From the NCBI GenBank assembly GCA_902579195.1, contig CACHFV010000001.1:175644-239643 (forward strand): 64,000 nucleotides of DNA, given 5' to 3'. Source of the DNA: an uncultured SAR86 cluster bacterium. Lineage in GTDB: Bacteria > Pseudomonadota > Gammaproteobacteria > Magnimaribacterales > TMED112. Below, one piece after another: positions 29,481 through 40,030 of the stretch. The position numbers were made by a program, and so were the translations under genes. The notes under the pieces were generated by a model, which saw only the letters and a list, made by a program, of their open reading frames with translations, was not told where the DNA came from and searched no databases. How positions within the stretch are numbered: position 1 is the first letter of the stretch; each line of letters begins with the position of its first letter.

Positions 29481-31215
29481 CTTAAAAGACCAAACCCTGC
29501 TTTTTCCTAACGACCCAGGAATTTATAAATTCTTCAATGATGAAGAGATTCTTTACATTGGCAAAGCCAAAAATCTAAAAAAAAGAATTAATAGCTATTT
29601 TTCTGGTCAACAAACTTACAAGACCCAAAGATTAATTTCATTAGCCAATAAACTTGAATATGTGACAACTAACAATGAAGTGGATGCATTGTTGCTTGAG
29701 CAGAATCTCATTAAATCTGAAAAACCAAGATTTAATATCCTTTTGCGTGATGATAAAAGCTATCCCTTCATTCATTTAGACGAATCACATGCATATCCAA
29801 GAATAGCTTCAAAAAGAGTACTAAAAGGACATGATGGTTTGTATGGTCCTTATACCAGCGCATATGCAACACGAATAGCAGTTAATCAAATTCAAAAAGT
29901 ATTTCAACTTCGAACTTGTACAGATAGTTTCTTCAAAAATAGATCAAGGCCTTGTATGGAGCATCAAATTGGTCGGTGCACAGCTCCTTGTGTTGGTGCA
30001 ATTTCCGAAACTGATTATAAGAAGGATGTGGATAGTGCAAAGTCCATACTCAAAGGCAATTTCAAGAAACTAGAGGAAAAAATGCAAAGTGAGATGTTAA
30101 TTGCCTCCGATAGAGAAGAGTATGAACAAGCTGGCAACATCAGAGATCGTTTGCTGCAACTAGAAAAAATTAATCAAAAACAAATGGTCTTCTCGAAAGG
30201 TAGCAAAACTAGAGTTATAGCCATTGAGACCAATGAAAAAAATATTTCTGCTGCTGTAATACAAATCGAGTCTGACAGATTTATTAATCTACAAAAATTT
30301 CTATTTAAAAATCATTTACAAAAAGACAACTATGCTGCTTTTTTAGAATTCATTCCAAGTTTGATGCAAAAATATCCATCAGTGACAAAAATTGTTAGTA
30401 CATTTAATGTTGCAAGCAATGATATCTTTGGTAATGTTCAGTTTGAACGGCCAAAACGAGGCAAGAAATTAGATTGGGTAAAACTTGCTCAGAAAAATGC
30501 TTTAGAAGGTCTGCTTAAGCAAGAGCAAAAATATCAAAAATATGCTCAATCTCTAGATTTCTTAAACCGAAATTTAGAAATAGACAAGGAACCCATCGTT
30601 GTTGGGTTTGATGTGAGTGGCGCAGCAGGTGATATTAAGACTGTATCATGCGTTAGTTTCAATTCTGATGGTCCAGACAAGACCAAATATCGGTTTTTTA
30701 GAGTTCCTGTAGATATTGCTAATTCAGATCTAGATTCGTTAGTCTTTGGTGTAAAGAAGTATTTAAAATCAATAGGTGATGTAGATTTGCTTTTGATTGA
30801 TGGCGGTAAAACACATATGAATTATGTCAAGGAGCATGTGCATGAGGACATCGAGTGTATTGCTGTCTCAAAAGGCGCTAAACGTAAGTATGGCCTTGAA
30901 ACTTTGCACACAAAACATGGTTCTTATGATTTTAGAAACTCTGAAGATATTTCTAAGCTATTTCTTGATATTAGGGACGAAGCTCACCGGTTTGCACTAA
31001 AAAACTACAGAACTAAGAAAAGCAAAGATCTTAAACAGCACTTTTTGTTGGACTTAAAAGGGGTCGGGCCAAAGATAGTGCAGAAGATCTATAAGGAATT
31101 TAAATCGCTTAAGCCAATAGCAAATCTAGAAATTAAAGAGATCTCAAAAACCATTTCAATTAATGAAGATTTGGCAAAAAAAATACAAAAAGCCATCAAA
31201 GGTATTTATAATTGA
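29470..31215 (+). CDS. uvrC: Excinuclease ABC subunit C
   Basis: GIY-YIG (PGIYKF...LYIGKAKNLKKR), UVR domain, LIDGG, IRDEAHRFA, HhH tail. Confidence 0.95.
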   Translation: MKNNLKDQTLLFPNDPGIYKFFNDEEILYIGKAKNLKKRINSYFSGQQTYKTQRLISLANKLEYVTTNNEVDALLLEQNLIKSEKPRFNILLRDDKSYPFIHLDESHAYPRIASKRVLKGHDGLYGPYTSAYATRIAVNQIQKVFQLRTCTDSFFKNRSRPCMEHQIGRCTAPCVGAISETDYKKDVDSAKSILKGNFKKLEEKMQSEMLIASDREEYEQAGNIRDRLLQLEKINQKQMVFSKGSKTRVIAIETNEKNISAAVIQIESDRFINLQKFLFKNHLQKDNYAAFLEFIPSLMQKYPSVTKIVSTFNVASNDIFGNVQFERPKRGKKLDWVKLAQKNALEGLLKQEQKYQKYAQSLDFLNRNLEIDKEPIVVGFDVSGAAGDIKTVSCVSFNSDGPDKTKYRFFRVPVDIANSDLDSLVFGVKKYLKSIGDVDLLLIDGGKTHMNYVKEHVHEDIECIAVSKGAKRKYGLETLHTKHGSYDFRNSEDISKLFLDIRDEAHRFALKNYRTKKSKDLKQHFLLDLKGVGPKIVQKIYKEFKSLKPIANLEIKEISKTISINEDLAKKIQKAIKGIYN

Positions 31216-31218
31216 TCA

Positions 31219-31644
31219 ATGAGTTCAACATTTCATCTTGCAATTCCAGTTACAAGCATTGAAGAAGCTGAAAAGTTTTATTGTGATCTATTGGGGTGCA
31301 AAAAGGGTAATTACGAAGAGGGTAAATGGCAGGACATAAACTTCTGGGGCAACGAACTAACTCTTCATGAAGCAGATCATGCTCTACCGAATGAAAGACA
31401 TCATGTCGATATGGGGCAAGTTTGTGTTCCACATTTTGGCATTCACCTTACCAGAGATGTTTTTGACTCCATCAAAGAAAAAATTGAAACCCATGACGAG
31501 TTCAAATACCTAGATGAGCCTTACTTGCGTTTTAAAGATGATGAGCAAGAACAAGAAACATTCTTCATAAAAGATCCTTCCGGCAATGTCATCGAAATTA
31601 AAACAATGCAGACACCGGAACTGCTTTGGGCAGATAACTCTTGA
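31219..31644 (+). CDS. VOC (glyoxalase/bleomycin resistance/dioxygenase) family protein
   Basis: FHLAIPV, FYCDLLGC, VPHFGIHL, FIKDPSGNVIEIK. Confidence 0.87.
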   Translation: MSSTFHLAIPVTSIEEAEKFYCDLLGCKKGNYEEGKWQDINFWGNELTLHEADHALPNERHHVDMGQVCVPHFGIHLTRDVFDSIKEKIETHDEFKYLDEPYLRFKDDEQEQETFFIKDPSGNVIEIKTMQTPELLWADNS

Positions 31645-31745
31645 TAATCGCGCTTAATGATATATTATTTGTGTTCTATGACTTTCAATAAAGATTTTTC
31701 ACAGTGCTAATTCTATGCACCTAATATCTATTACCCAATTTTAAT

Positions 31746-32285
31746 TTGAGACCACAAAGAAGAAGAAGAAGACCACCTCAAGCACCTGTTAATAAATGGG
31801 TTAAAGCTGCAAGACTAACTGTCATTTCTGAGACAGGGGAGAAGCTTGGCGAGTTTTCAAAACAAGAAGCTCTTGATCTAGCAGGTGAAAAAGGTCTTGA
31901 TCTATTGCAAATAACCTTTGATAAAGAGCCATGCGTAGCCAAGATTCTTGATTACGGAAAACACAAATTTGATATGAAGAAAAAGCAATCTGCTGCAAAA
32001 AAGAAACAGCAGAAGATTGAGCAAAAAGAGATCAAAATGCGACCAAATATCGATATTGGCGATATCAACACCAAATTAAAGAAAATAGCTAAATTTATTG
32101 AAAAAAGAGCAAACGTCAAAGTTTCTGTTACTTTCAGAGGAAGAGAGCTTGGAAACACTAGTTTTGGTAAAACTTTACTTGACAGAATCATCAAAGAAAC
32201 GGAAGATATTGCATCTGTGTTAGTGGAGCCAAAGTTCGAAAACAGAACATATAGCGCTCTTTTAACACCAAAAAAAGTAAAATGA
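31746..32285 (+). CDS. infC: Translation initiation factor IF-3
   Basis: [35 protein letters not shown]; infC-rpmI-rplT order; TTG start. Confidence 0.95.
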   Translation: MRPQRRRRRPPQAPVNKWVKAARLTVISETGEKLGEFSKQEALDLAGEKGLDLLQITFDKEPCVAKILDYGKHKFDMKKKQSAAKKKQQKIEQKEIKMRPNIDIGDINTKLKKIAKFIEKRANVKVSVTFRGRELGNTSFGKTLLDRIIKETEDIASVLVEPKFENRTYSALLTPKKVK

Positions 32286-32473
32286 GCAAATTAAAAAATC
32301 ACTCTGGTGCAAAAAAGAGATTTAAGGCAACTGGTTCTGGTCTAAAAATGAGATCAGCAAACAGAAGCCACATATTGTCTAAACATACGACTAAGAAGAA
32401 AAGACAAGCCAGAGGCACAAATAACTTGGAAGGTGCAAACCTTAAAGTTGTAAATAAATTATTGGAGGCATAA
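32282..32473 (+). CDS. rpmI: 50S ribosomal protein L35
   Basis: [28 protein letters not shown]. Confidence 0.95.
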   Translation: MSKLKNHSGAKKRFKATGSGLKMRSANRSHILSKHTTKKKRQARGTNNLEGANLKVVNKLLEA

Positions 32474-32820
32474 TGCCAAGAACAACAAAGGGTAACTTAG
32501 CTGCGAAAAAACATAAAGCTGTCTTAGCTAGAACAAAGGGCCATTATGGTGCTCGCTCTAGGCTATTTAAAACAGCTAAGCAATCTCTGATTAAATCTTT
32601 GCAGTATGCTTACAGGGACAGAAAAAATAAAAAAAGAGACTTTAGAAGACTTTGGATTACTAGAATTAATGCTGAAGTTAGAAACCTTGGATATACCTAT
32701 TCTAAGTTCATAGCTGGATTACATAAAAACAGCATAGAACTTGACAGAAAGATGTTGTCAGAGTTAGCTATACAGGATAAAGCAGCTTTTGAAAAAGTTG
32801 TAAAAACTGCTATAGATTAA
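32473..32820 (+). CDS. rplT: 50S ribosomal protein L20
   Basis: [33 protein letters not shown]. Confidence 0.97.
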   Translation: MPRTTKGNLAAKKHKAVLARTKGHYGARSRLFKTAKQSLIKSLQYAYRDRKNKKRDFRRLWITRINAEVRNLGYTYSKFIAGLHKNSIELDRKMLSELAIQDKAAFEKVVKTAID

Positions 32821-33542
32821 TGACGGCACCAAAAGAGATTTTTTTACCACCACTAAACCGTGAAATAGGTTCAAGTCATCCTATCAATCAAGTCAAAGCA
32901 GAACTAACCGAACTCTTAACTTCGTTTGGCTTTTCTGTAGCTGAAGGGCCAGAAGTTGAGACCGAAGAGTATAATTTTGATAAGCTCAATATCCCAGCAA
33001 CACACCCAGCACGTGAGATGCATGACACATTTTATGTCAACAACAAGTCTCAAGTGCTTCGGACACATACCTCACCAGTCCAGGTAAGGGCCATGCTGGC
33101 AAGTAAACCGCCTATAGCTGTAGTTTCACCCGGTAAGGTATACCGCAAAGACGATGATGCTACCCATTTACCAATGTTTCATCAAATTGAAGGCTTATAC
33201 GTCGATGAAGATGTAAATTTTGCGCATTTGAAAGACTTAATTTATAAAATTTGTCATTCATTGTTTGGCGAAGAGGCTCAACTACGTTTTCGTCCATCAT
33301 ATTTTCCATTTACCGAACCTTCAGCAGAGGTTGATGTCTTGTTTGGTGAAAAATGGTTAGAAATACTTGGTTGTGGAGTAGTTAATCCAAAAGTTTTGGA
33401 TAATTGTGGCATTGATTCAAAACAATACTCAGGTTTAGCTTTTGGTTTAGGGATCGAAAGGATTGCTATGCTCAAATACAAAGTCAATGACATTAGAGAT
33501 TTCTACAAATCTAACCTGGATTTCTTGAGGCAGTTCAAATGA
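32820..33542 (+). CDS. pheS: Phenylalanine--tRNA ligase alpha subunit (no N-terminal arm)
   Basis: HPAREMHDTFY, LRTHTSPVQ, THLPMFHQIEG, FRPSYFPFTEPS, AFGLGIERIAM. Confidence 0.95.
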   Translation: MTAPKEIFLPPLNREIGSSHPINQVKAELTELLTSFGFSVAEGPEVETEEYNFDKLNIPATHPAREMHDTFYVNNKSQVLRTHTSPVQVRAMLASKPPIAVVSPGKVYRKDDDATHLPMFHQIEGLYVDEDVNFAHLKDLIYKICHSLFGEEAQLRFRPSYFPFTEPSAEVDVLFGEKWLEILGCGVVNPKVLDNCGIDSKQYSGLAFGLGIERIAMLKYKVNDIRDFYKSNLDFLRQFK

Positions 33543-35473
33543 AGATTGTTTACTCACATTTAATCAACCTCTTGGAACAGCAACCTAAACTTGAAGAACT
33601 ATCAGAGTTATTATTTCAATTAGGTCATGAACATGAAATAGATGGTGAGGTGCTCGATATGGAAATCACTCCCAATCGTGGCGATTGTTTATCGCTCAAA
33701 GGCCTAGCTCGTGATCTTAATTATTTCTATCAGGCTAAAGAGTTGCCAAAAAGTGATATGGAAATGCCAGCACTGGATTTGCAGTTTGACAATAAAGCTC
33801 AAGAATTATGCCCTAACATTTCTTTCATGGAAATTGAAATTGAAAAAGTGCCAACCAAATACGAGCCATACTTGGAATCATATTTTGCGGATTTAGGTAT
33901 TAACAAAAACAATTTCTTCACTGACATCTCTAACTACTTAGCATATGAATCAGGACAACCCACTCACTGCTTTGATCAGAGCACTATGCAAGGGCATTTT
34001 GCTTTGGCAAAAAAACAGCTCAAAACAAAGTTTAAAACTTTATTAGATACTGAAATAGAGTTAACTGATGAAAATTTAATCTTCTCATTAGATGATGAAG
34101 TTATCAGTCTAGCAGGTACTATGGGTGGAGCCAGCACAGCTTGTTCAGCGAACACAACTAAAGTATTAGTTGAATGTGCTTACTTTCAGCCAGAAGAAAT
34201 TTTAGGCAAAGCAAGAAAATACAACTTAAGCTCAGAGGCAGCCTATAAGTTTGAGCGTGGCGCAGATTATCTCTGCCAAGAAGATGTCTTACGCAGATTT
34301 TTATATATCGTTTCTGAGCATACTGAAATTAAGTCGGTTGCTTTTTATAGCGAAAAAAATAAAACAACATTGGTAGAGGTGCCTTTTGATGCTGACAGAC
34401 TTAATGCAGTGGTTGGGATCAACATTACTGAAAAAGAACAATTGGGCTACTTAAGTGCCTTAGGCTTTGTAGCTGGCAAAAACATGACTGTACCATCCCA
34501 TAGATCAGATGTAGATCAGCTAAATGATCTGGCCGAGGAAGTCACAAGAATGATTGGCTATAATAATGTTCCATCGCAAGTTCTGGCACTGCCTGTCATG
34601 GCCAAACAACACAAACGCTCTTTTGAAGATCAAGTTGGGGGTTACTTAATCAATCAAGGCTGTTTCGAAGTCATCAACAACCCTTTTACAGATTTTGAAG
34701 GTAAGGATGCAATTGCTGTTGATAATCCCTTGGACAAACAACGTGCAATATTGCGTACCTGTTTGATGAATTCAATTAGAACTAATATTGCCTACAACCA
34801 AAATAGGCAAAAAGACTCTATCAAGTTTTTTGAGTTTTCAGATATTTATAAAACTTCTGGTACCGAACGACGTTTTGCTTTGGCCGTTTCAGGTCGTGTT
34901 AATAAGAATGCCAAAGAGTTCAATGCTCAGCTGGATTACGGTTACCTTAAAGGTTTGGTTAATAGTATTTGCACTGACATTATAAAAATAAAGCCAATTT
35001 ACGAGTTAGCTGACAAGCGTGGTTACGATTTTTACGAGGCCTTAACTTTAAATGGTAGTAAAATTGGCGGTCTGGGTAAGATTAGCAAAGAGAGCATTGA
35101 TTCCAAAGTGAAAACACCAGTATTTGCGTGTGAATTGACTATTGATGATCTCGAAGTGCCTGATAATCACTTTGTTCCAATATCGGATTTTCCTGCCTCC
35201 TATCGTGATCTGTCTTTTAGTTTAAGCGATCTAGAGAAAGTTGGCACATTAACAGAACTAGTCAAAGCCACCACAGCAAACCAAGACCTCTTAACAGAAA
35301 GTTTTATTTTTGATTTCTTTCAAAACAAAAAATTAAACCTCTTAAAACTTGGTTTTAGGTTTAAGTTCCAAGCCGCAGATAAAAGCTTAACCGACGATGA
35401 GATCGACCAAATTATGGACAAGCTCATCAGTGACTCTATGGCATTGGATGGCATTTCCATCGAGGGTTTGTAA
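33539..35473 (+). CDS. pheT: Phenylalanine--tRNA ligase beta subunit (no B2 OB-fold)
   Basis: [39 protein letters not shown]-terminal FDX-ACB ([10 protein letters not shown]...SLTDDEID). Confidence 0.93.
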   Translation: MKIVYSHLINLLEQQPKLEELSELLFQLGHEHEIDGEVLDMEITPNRGDCLSLKGLARDLNYFYQAKELPKSDMEMPALDLQFDNKAQELCPNISFMEIEIEKVPTKYEPYLESYFADLGINKNNFFTDISNYLAYESGQPTHCFDQSTMQGHFALAKKQLKTKFKTLLDTEIELTDENLIFSLDDEVISLAGTMGGASTACSANTTKVLVECAYFQPEEILGKARKYNLSSEAAYKFERGADYLCQEDVLRRFLYIVSEHTEIKSVAFYSEKNKTTLVEVPFDADRLNAVVGINITEKEQLGYLSALGFVAGKNMTVPSHRSDVDQLNDLAEEVTRMIGYNNVPSQVLALPVMAKQHKRSFEDQVGGYLINQGCFEVINNPFTDFEGKDAIAVDNPLDKQRAILRTCLMNSIRTNIAYNQNRQKDSIKFFEFSDIYKTSGTERRFALAVSGRVNKNAKEFNAQLDYGYLKGLVNSICTDIIKIKPIYELADKRGYDFYEALTLNGSKIGGLGKISKESIDSKVKTPVFACELTIDDLEVPDNHFVPISDFPASYRDLSFSLSDLEKVGTLTELVKATTANQDLLTESFIFDFFQNKKLNLLKLGFRFKFQAADKSLTDDEIDQIMDKLISDSMALDGISIEGL

Positions 35474-36594
35474 TGTCTTATATTTTTACATCTGAATCAG
35501 TATCAGCTGGCCATCCTGATAAAATATGTGATCAAATTTCTGACGCTATCTTGGATGCTTGTCTTATTCAAGATAAAAACTCAAGAGTTGCCTGCGAAAC
35601 TATTGTCAAAAATAACAATGTCGTCTTAGCTGGAGAAATTACCACTATCGCTGAAATAGATTACGAACAGATTGCACGCAGTGTGGTAAAAGACATTGGC
35701 TATGATCATGATGGGCTTGGTTTTAGCTATGACAGCTTCAGATTTACCAACTATATTTCAAAACAAAGCCAGGACATAAGTGAGGGCATTGCTCAAGGTG
35801 AGCAGTTGGGGTCTGGTGATCAAGGCATTATGTTTGGTTATGCTTGTCGGGAAACCTCAGAGTTAATGCCTCTGCCAATTGCTCTAGCCCATCAACTTAC
35901 ACTTAAACATGAAGGTCTGCGACAAGACAATAGTCTTGGATTGAGGCCAGACGCCAAATCTCAAGTAGCTGTCGAATACAATGATAACTACCAACCTCAG
36001 AGAATTGATTCCATTGTTTTTTCCAGCCAGCACGATCCAGACCTATCATTAGAACAATTACGTGAACTTGTGAGAGAAGAAATTATCTATAAAACATTAC
36101 CGCAAGATCTTATCGATGACAAAACCAAATTTTTTATTAACCCAGCTGGACGCTTTGAAATTGGTGGCCCTGTAGGCGATTGTGGTTTAACCGGCCGCAA
36201 AGTTATCGTTGATACTTATGGTGGCATGGCACGTCATGGAGGCGGAGCTTTTTCTGGCAAAGATCCATCCAAAGTAGATCGCTCAGCTGCATATGCCTTG
36301 AGGCAGGTTGCTAAATCTTTAGTAGCAGCTAATTTTTGTGATTACTGTGAGATACAAGCATCCTATGCCATAGGTGTGGCTGAACCAACCTCAATCTTTA
36401 TCAATGCATTTGAATCGGAAAAGGTTTCGACAAGTGATCTGGCACAGCTGGTATCATCAAACTTTGACCTGACGCCATCAGGCATTATTGCTGAGCTTGA
36501 TTTGTTGCAACCAAATTACTTTAACACAGCATCTTATGGTCATTTTGGTCGAGAGGATCAAAACTTTACTTGGGAAGAAGTAAAAAAATTATGA
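35473..36594 (+). CDS. metK: S-adenosylmethionine synthetase
   Basis: [49 protein letters not shown]. Confidence 0.97.
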   Translation: MSYIFTSESVSAGHPDKICDQISDAILDACLIQDKNSRVACETIVKNNNVVLAGEITTIAEIDYEQIARSVVKDIGYDHDGLGFSYDSFRFTNYISKQSQDISEGIAQGEQLGSGDQGIMFGYACRETSELMPLPIALAHQLTLKHEGLRQDNSLGLRPDAKSQVAVEYNDNYQPQRIDSIVFSSQHDPDLSLEQLRELVREEIIYKTLPQDLIDDKTKFFINPAGRFEIGGPVGDCGLTGRKVIVDTYGGMARHGGGAFSGKDPSKVDRSAAYALRQVAKSLVAANFCDYCEIQASYAIGVAEPTSIFINAFESEKVSTSDLAQLVSSNFDLTPSGIIAELDLLQPNYFNTASYGHFGREDQNFTWEEVKKL

Positions 36595-37370
36595 AAGTTT
36601 CAGTTGTAAGTGGTGGGTTTGACCCTATTCACTCTGGTCATATTGCTTACCTAAATGCCGCAAAAGAGCAGGGCGATATATTAATTGTTGCTCTCAACTC
36701 CGATGCTTGGTTGACCAATAAAAAAGGGCAGCCTTTTATGAGTTTTGAAGAAAGGAAAACTATTTTAGAAAATCTTACTTGTGTTGATGAAGTCATGGAT
36801 TTTAAAGATGATGATCTTGGTAGCTGCATCAATGCTTTGGTAAGAATCAAACAAAAATATCCAAATGAGCACATCATTTTTTGTAATGGCGGTGATCGGA
36901 ATGATTCTAATATTCCAGAAATGAGTGTGTCTGGCATTGATTTTAAATTTAGCATTGGCGGCGAAGATAAAAAGAATTCAAGCAGTTGGATTCTAAAAAA
37001 CTGGCAAGGCGATTCAGAAGGCAGAGTCTGGGGCAAGTTCTTCAACCTGTATCAAGATAAGAAAATGAAACTTAAAGAACTAATTATTGACTCTCAGAAA
37101 GGCATGAGCTTGCAACGACATTTCAAAAGAGATGAAATATGGTTTGTTTCACAAGGGGAATGTAAGGTAAAATTTAAGGCCATTGGCGATAATGAATTTA
37201 ACGAACATCATCTAAAGCTCCATGATGTGTTTAAAGTGTCCCGAGAAGACTGGCATCAAATATTCAATCCATTTGAAGAGGAATGTAGGATTATTGAAAT
37301 TCAATACGGTGACGAGACTTCTGAGGAAGATATTGAGAGATTAGAATTTTATAAAGGGAATAATGAGTAA
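36591..37370 (+). CDS. Cytidylyltransferase-like (HxGH) domain fused to a cupin (mannose-6-P isomerase type II-like) domain
   Basis: [37 protein letters not shown]; C-terminal RVWGKF...[13 protein letters not shown]...IIEIQYG...EEDIER. Start set at ATG 36591 (ATGA overlap with metK). Confidence 0.8.
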   Translation: MKVSVVSGGFDPIHSGHIAYLNAAKEQGDILIVALNSDAWLTNKKGQPFMSFEERKTILENLTCVDEVMDFKDDDLGSCINALVRIKQKYPNEHIIFCNGGDRNDSNIPEMSVSGIDFKFSIGGEDKKNSSSWILKNWQGDSEGRVWGKFFNLYQDKKMKLKELIIDSQKGMSLQRHFKRDEIWFVSQGECKVKFKAIGDNEFNEHHLKLHDVFKVSREDWHQIFNPFEEECRIIEIQYGDETSEEDIERLEFYKGNNE

Positions 37371-38715
37371 CGATCATAAAGTAAAAGACATAACATTAGC
37401 TGAATTTGGCAGGCAAGAAATCCTGCTAGCTCAAGATGAGATGCCTGCCTTGATGCAGTTAAGAGACAATTACCGTGATGAACAGCCGCTCAAAGGAGCC
37501 AAAATCATGGGCTGCATACATATGACAATACAAACAGCTGTATTAATTGAAACTCTTATTGATTTAGGTGCTGAAGTTAGGTGGTCATCATGTAACATCT
37601 TTTCAACACAAGATCATGCAGCAGCAGCAATCGCTGCTAAAGGAATTCCAGTTTTTGCATGGAAAGGAGAAACAGAAGAAGAGTATGAATGGTGTCTAGA
37701 CCAAACTATAAAAAAAGATGGCAGGCCTTGGGATGCAAATATGATCCTTGACGATGGGGGCGACTTAACAATTAAAGTTCATAAAGAATACCCTGAAATG
37801 TTAGAACATATACATGGAATTTCTGAAGAAACTACTACTGGTGTTAAAAGGCTTAAAGAGATGCTTTTAAAAGGTGAGTTAAAGGTTCCAGCAATCAATG
37901 TTAACGACTCAATTACAAAATCAAAAAATGATAACAAGTACGGATGTCGACACGGACTTGATGATGCTATTAAACGTGGAACAGATATGCTTTTATCAGG
38001 AAAGAAAGCTTTAGTTATTGGTTATGGAGATGTTGGTAAGGGCTCAGCAGACTCATTAATGCAACAAAAAATGATTGTAGATGTAACAGAAGTAGATCCA
38101 ATCTGCGCTATGCAGGCTTGTTTCGATGGATATTCAGTTGTTTCTGCTTACAAAAATGGAATTGTTGATGATAAAGGCACCAATTTAGATTCAGAACTTC
38201 TTAAAAAATATGACCTTGTAGTTACAACAACAGGAAATATAGACGTTTTAGATAAGTTTATGCTTGATGCGCTTCGATCTGGTTGTGTAGTTTGTAATAT
38301 TGGTCACTTTGACAACGAAATTGATGTGAAATTCTTAAAAACATTTGATTGGTATGAGGTGAAGCCTGGAGTTCACAAAGTTATTAAACCAAATGGTGAT
38401 TATTTAATACTTTTGGGTGAGGGTCGTTTGGTTAATTTAGCATTAGCAACAGGCCACCCAAGCAGAGTTATGGATGGTTCTTTCTGTAATCAGGTTTTAG
38501 CTCAAATTATGTTATTCAAGGATGGTTTTGCAAATAAACCAGATAATGATAAAAAGCTTTACGTAAAAGTCTTACCAAAAAAATTAGATGAGGAAGTAGC
38601 CTCTTTGATGGTCAAGGGTTTTGGTGGAACACTAACTAAACTTTCAAAAGAGCAACAAAATTATATATCTGTAGAAGAAGATGGCCCATTCAAAGGTGAT
38701 TCTTATAGCTATTAG
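37363..38715 (+). CDS. ahcY: Adenosylhomocysteinase
   Basis: [50 protein letters not shown]...GHPS. Confidence 0.97.
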   Translation: MSNDHKVKDITLAEFGRQEILLAQDEMPALMQLRDNYRDEQPLKGAKIMGCIHMTIQTAVLIETLIDLGAEVRWSSCNIFSTQDHAAAAIAAKGIPVFAWKGETEEEYEWCLDQTIKKDGRPWDANMILDDGGDLTIKVHKEYPEMLEHIHGISEETTTGVKRLKEMLLKGELKVPAINVNDSITKSKNDNKYGCRHGLDDAIKRGTDMLLSGKKALVIGYGDVGKGSADSLMQQKMIVDVTEVDPICAMQACFDGYSVVSAYKNGIVDDKGTNLDSELLKKYDLVVTTTGNIDVLDKFMLDALRSGCVVCNIGHFDNEIDVKFLKTFDWYEVKPGVHKVIKPNGDYLILLGEGRLVNLALATGHPSRVMDGSFCNQVLAQIMLFKDGFANKPDNDKKLYVKVLPKKLDEEVASLMVKGFGGTLTKLSKEQQNYISVEEDGPFKGDSYSY

Positions 38716-38734
38716 TTTAAAATAGAAAAATTCA

Positions 38735-38808
38735 GGCTGAGTGGCAGAGTGGTCATGCAGCGGACTGCAACTCCGTGTACATCGGTTCGATTCCGTTCTC
38801 AGCCTCCA
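38735..38808 (+). tRNA. tRNA-Cys (GCA)
   Basis: Acceptor GGCTGAG/CTCAGCC, U discriminator, encoded CCA; anticodon loop CT-GCA-AC; GGTTCGATTCC T-loop (one T-stem mismatch). Confidence 0.96.
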
Positions 38809-38855
38809 ACTTTATATATTTAAATTTTATAATCTGTTAAAATTTTGCACATGTT

Positions 38856-38942
38856 GCCCAGGTGGTGAAATTGGTAGACACAAGGGACTTAAAATCCCTC
38901 GAAGGAAACTTCGTGCCGGTTCAAGTCCGGCTCTGGGCACCA
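38856..38942 (+). tRNA. tRNA-Leu (TAA)
   Basis: Acceptor GCCCAGG/TCTGGGC + ACCA; anticodon arm AGGGA-CTTAAAA-TCCCT; long variable arm; GGTTCAAGTCC. Confidence 0.96.
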
Positions 38943-38947
38943 ATTAA

Positions 38948-40030
38948 GTGTTTAATATGGAAAAGATTTCAAAATTTGCTACAAAAAAAATTAAAAAGTT
39001 AACCCCATATAAAATTGCTAGCCAAGAAATATGGAAAACTGATTCAAAAGCAAAATTAAAATTAGACTGGAATGAAGGTATTGATGAAGTGCCTAATGAA
39101 ATAATTGAACCATTCAGAAAATTTTTAGACAAAGGACTTCTTAAGTATTATCCAAATGTTCGTAATGAAAGCTTATTAGATGCTTTGGCACATTTTAATT
39201 CATGCAATAAGAAATATATTACATATTTTTCGGGCATCGATAGTGGTCATGAATACATAGCTAGAGCCTTTCTTGAGCTAAATGACAGAGTTGTAATGCT
39301 GTCTCCTACTTATGACAATTTTAGAGCAGTATGTGATGCAAGTGAGGCAGAAGTTTTAAAGTATGACTTCTTTAATAACAAAGGAGAATTTCCAGATCTA
39401 AATGTGGATGCCAAGCTTATTTATTTTGCTAACCCAAATAACCCAACAGGTGAAATAGTTAGCAAAAATCAATTAAAAGAATATCTAAATAAATATAAGA
39501 ATACATTATTTGTTGTTGATGAAGCATATATAGAGTTTGGTGGAGTCTCTGCAGTTGATCTTGTTGAAAGCCATGAAAACTTAATAATTTGTAAAACGCT
39601 TTCTAAATCTTTTTGCCTTGCAGGTATAAGATTTGGTTATTTAATTGCTCACGAAGACATTATCACAACTATAGATTCAATAAGAAATCCTAAAAGTGTT
39701 TCTATGTTTAGCCAGATCATAGCAGAAGCAGCAATCAGAAACTCTGAATACATGTGGGAAAATGTTGCCAAAACCAATAATGCCAAGAAAATTTTAAGAA
39801 GCATGCTTGAAAAAAATCACCCTAACATAAGTGTTTCAGGAGAGCATGGTAATTTTTTGTTATTGGAGTTTGAAAATGAGCAAGAAAAAAACAACCTAGT
39901 ACAGGTTTTGGAAAAACAAGGAATATACATTAGATCAACTTCACACCTAATTAATAACTCATGCAGAATTACTGTCCCTCCATCGCACAAACTTGAACCA
40001 TTAATCAAAGCCTTTGAAGAAATTACATAA
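38948..40030 (+). CDS. PLP-dependent class I/II aminotransferase (HisC/CobD-like) in the polysaccharide cluster
   Basis: KLDWNE, ANPNNPTG, VVDEAYIEF, KTLSKSFCLAGIRFGY. Start may be ATG 38957. Confidence 0.85.
   Translation: MFNMEKISKFATKKIKKLTPYKIASQEIWKTDSKAKLKLDWNEGIDEVPNEIIEPFRKFLDKGLLKYYPNVRNESLLDALAHFNSCNKKYITYFSGIDSGHEYIARAFLELNDRVVMLSPTYDNFRAVCDASEAEVLKYDFFNNKGEFPDLNVDAKLIYFANPNNPTGEIVSKNQLKEYLNKYKNTLFVVDEAYIEFGGVSAVDLVESHENLIICKTLSKSFCLAGIRFGYLIAHEDIITTIDSIRNPKSVSMFSQIIAEAAIRNSEYMWENVAKTNNAKKILRSMLEKNHPNISVSGEHGNFLLLEFENEQEKNNLVQVLEKQGIYIRSTSHLINNSCRITVPPSHKLEPLIKAFEEIT

Noticed and set aside
31758-31772. (AGA)5 microsatellite at the start of infC
   Set aside because: Encodes an Arg run in the basic IF3 N-terminal tail; in frame and short.
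32820-33542. pheS as a pseudogene or frameshifted fragment
   Set aside because: All catalytic motifs are intact and the start is coupled to the rplT stop, with no leftover upstream sequence; better read as a compact functional gene.
37300-37365. SAH or SAM riboswitch upstream of ahcY or metK
   Set aside because: Both genes overlap their upstream ORFs, leaving no leader space, and no matching structure was seen.
38741-38947. 68-aa ORF MAEWSCSGLQLRV...
   Set aside because: Spurious translation across tRNA-Cys and tRNA-Leu.
38948-40030. Calling this gene housekeeping hisC
   Set aside because: It has island-like low GC, lies among capsule genes and has no his neighbours; left without a symbol pending phylogeny.
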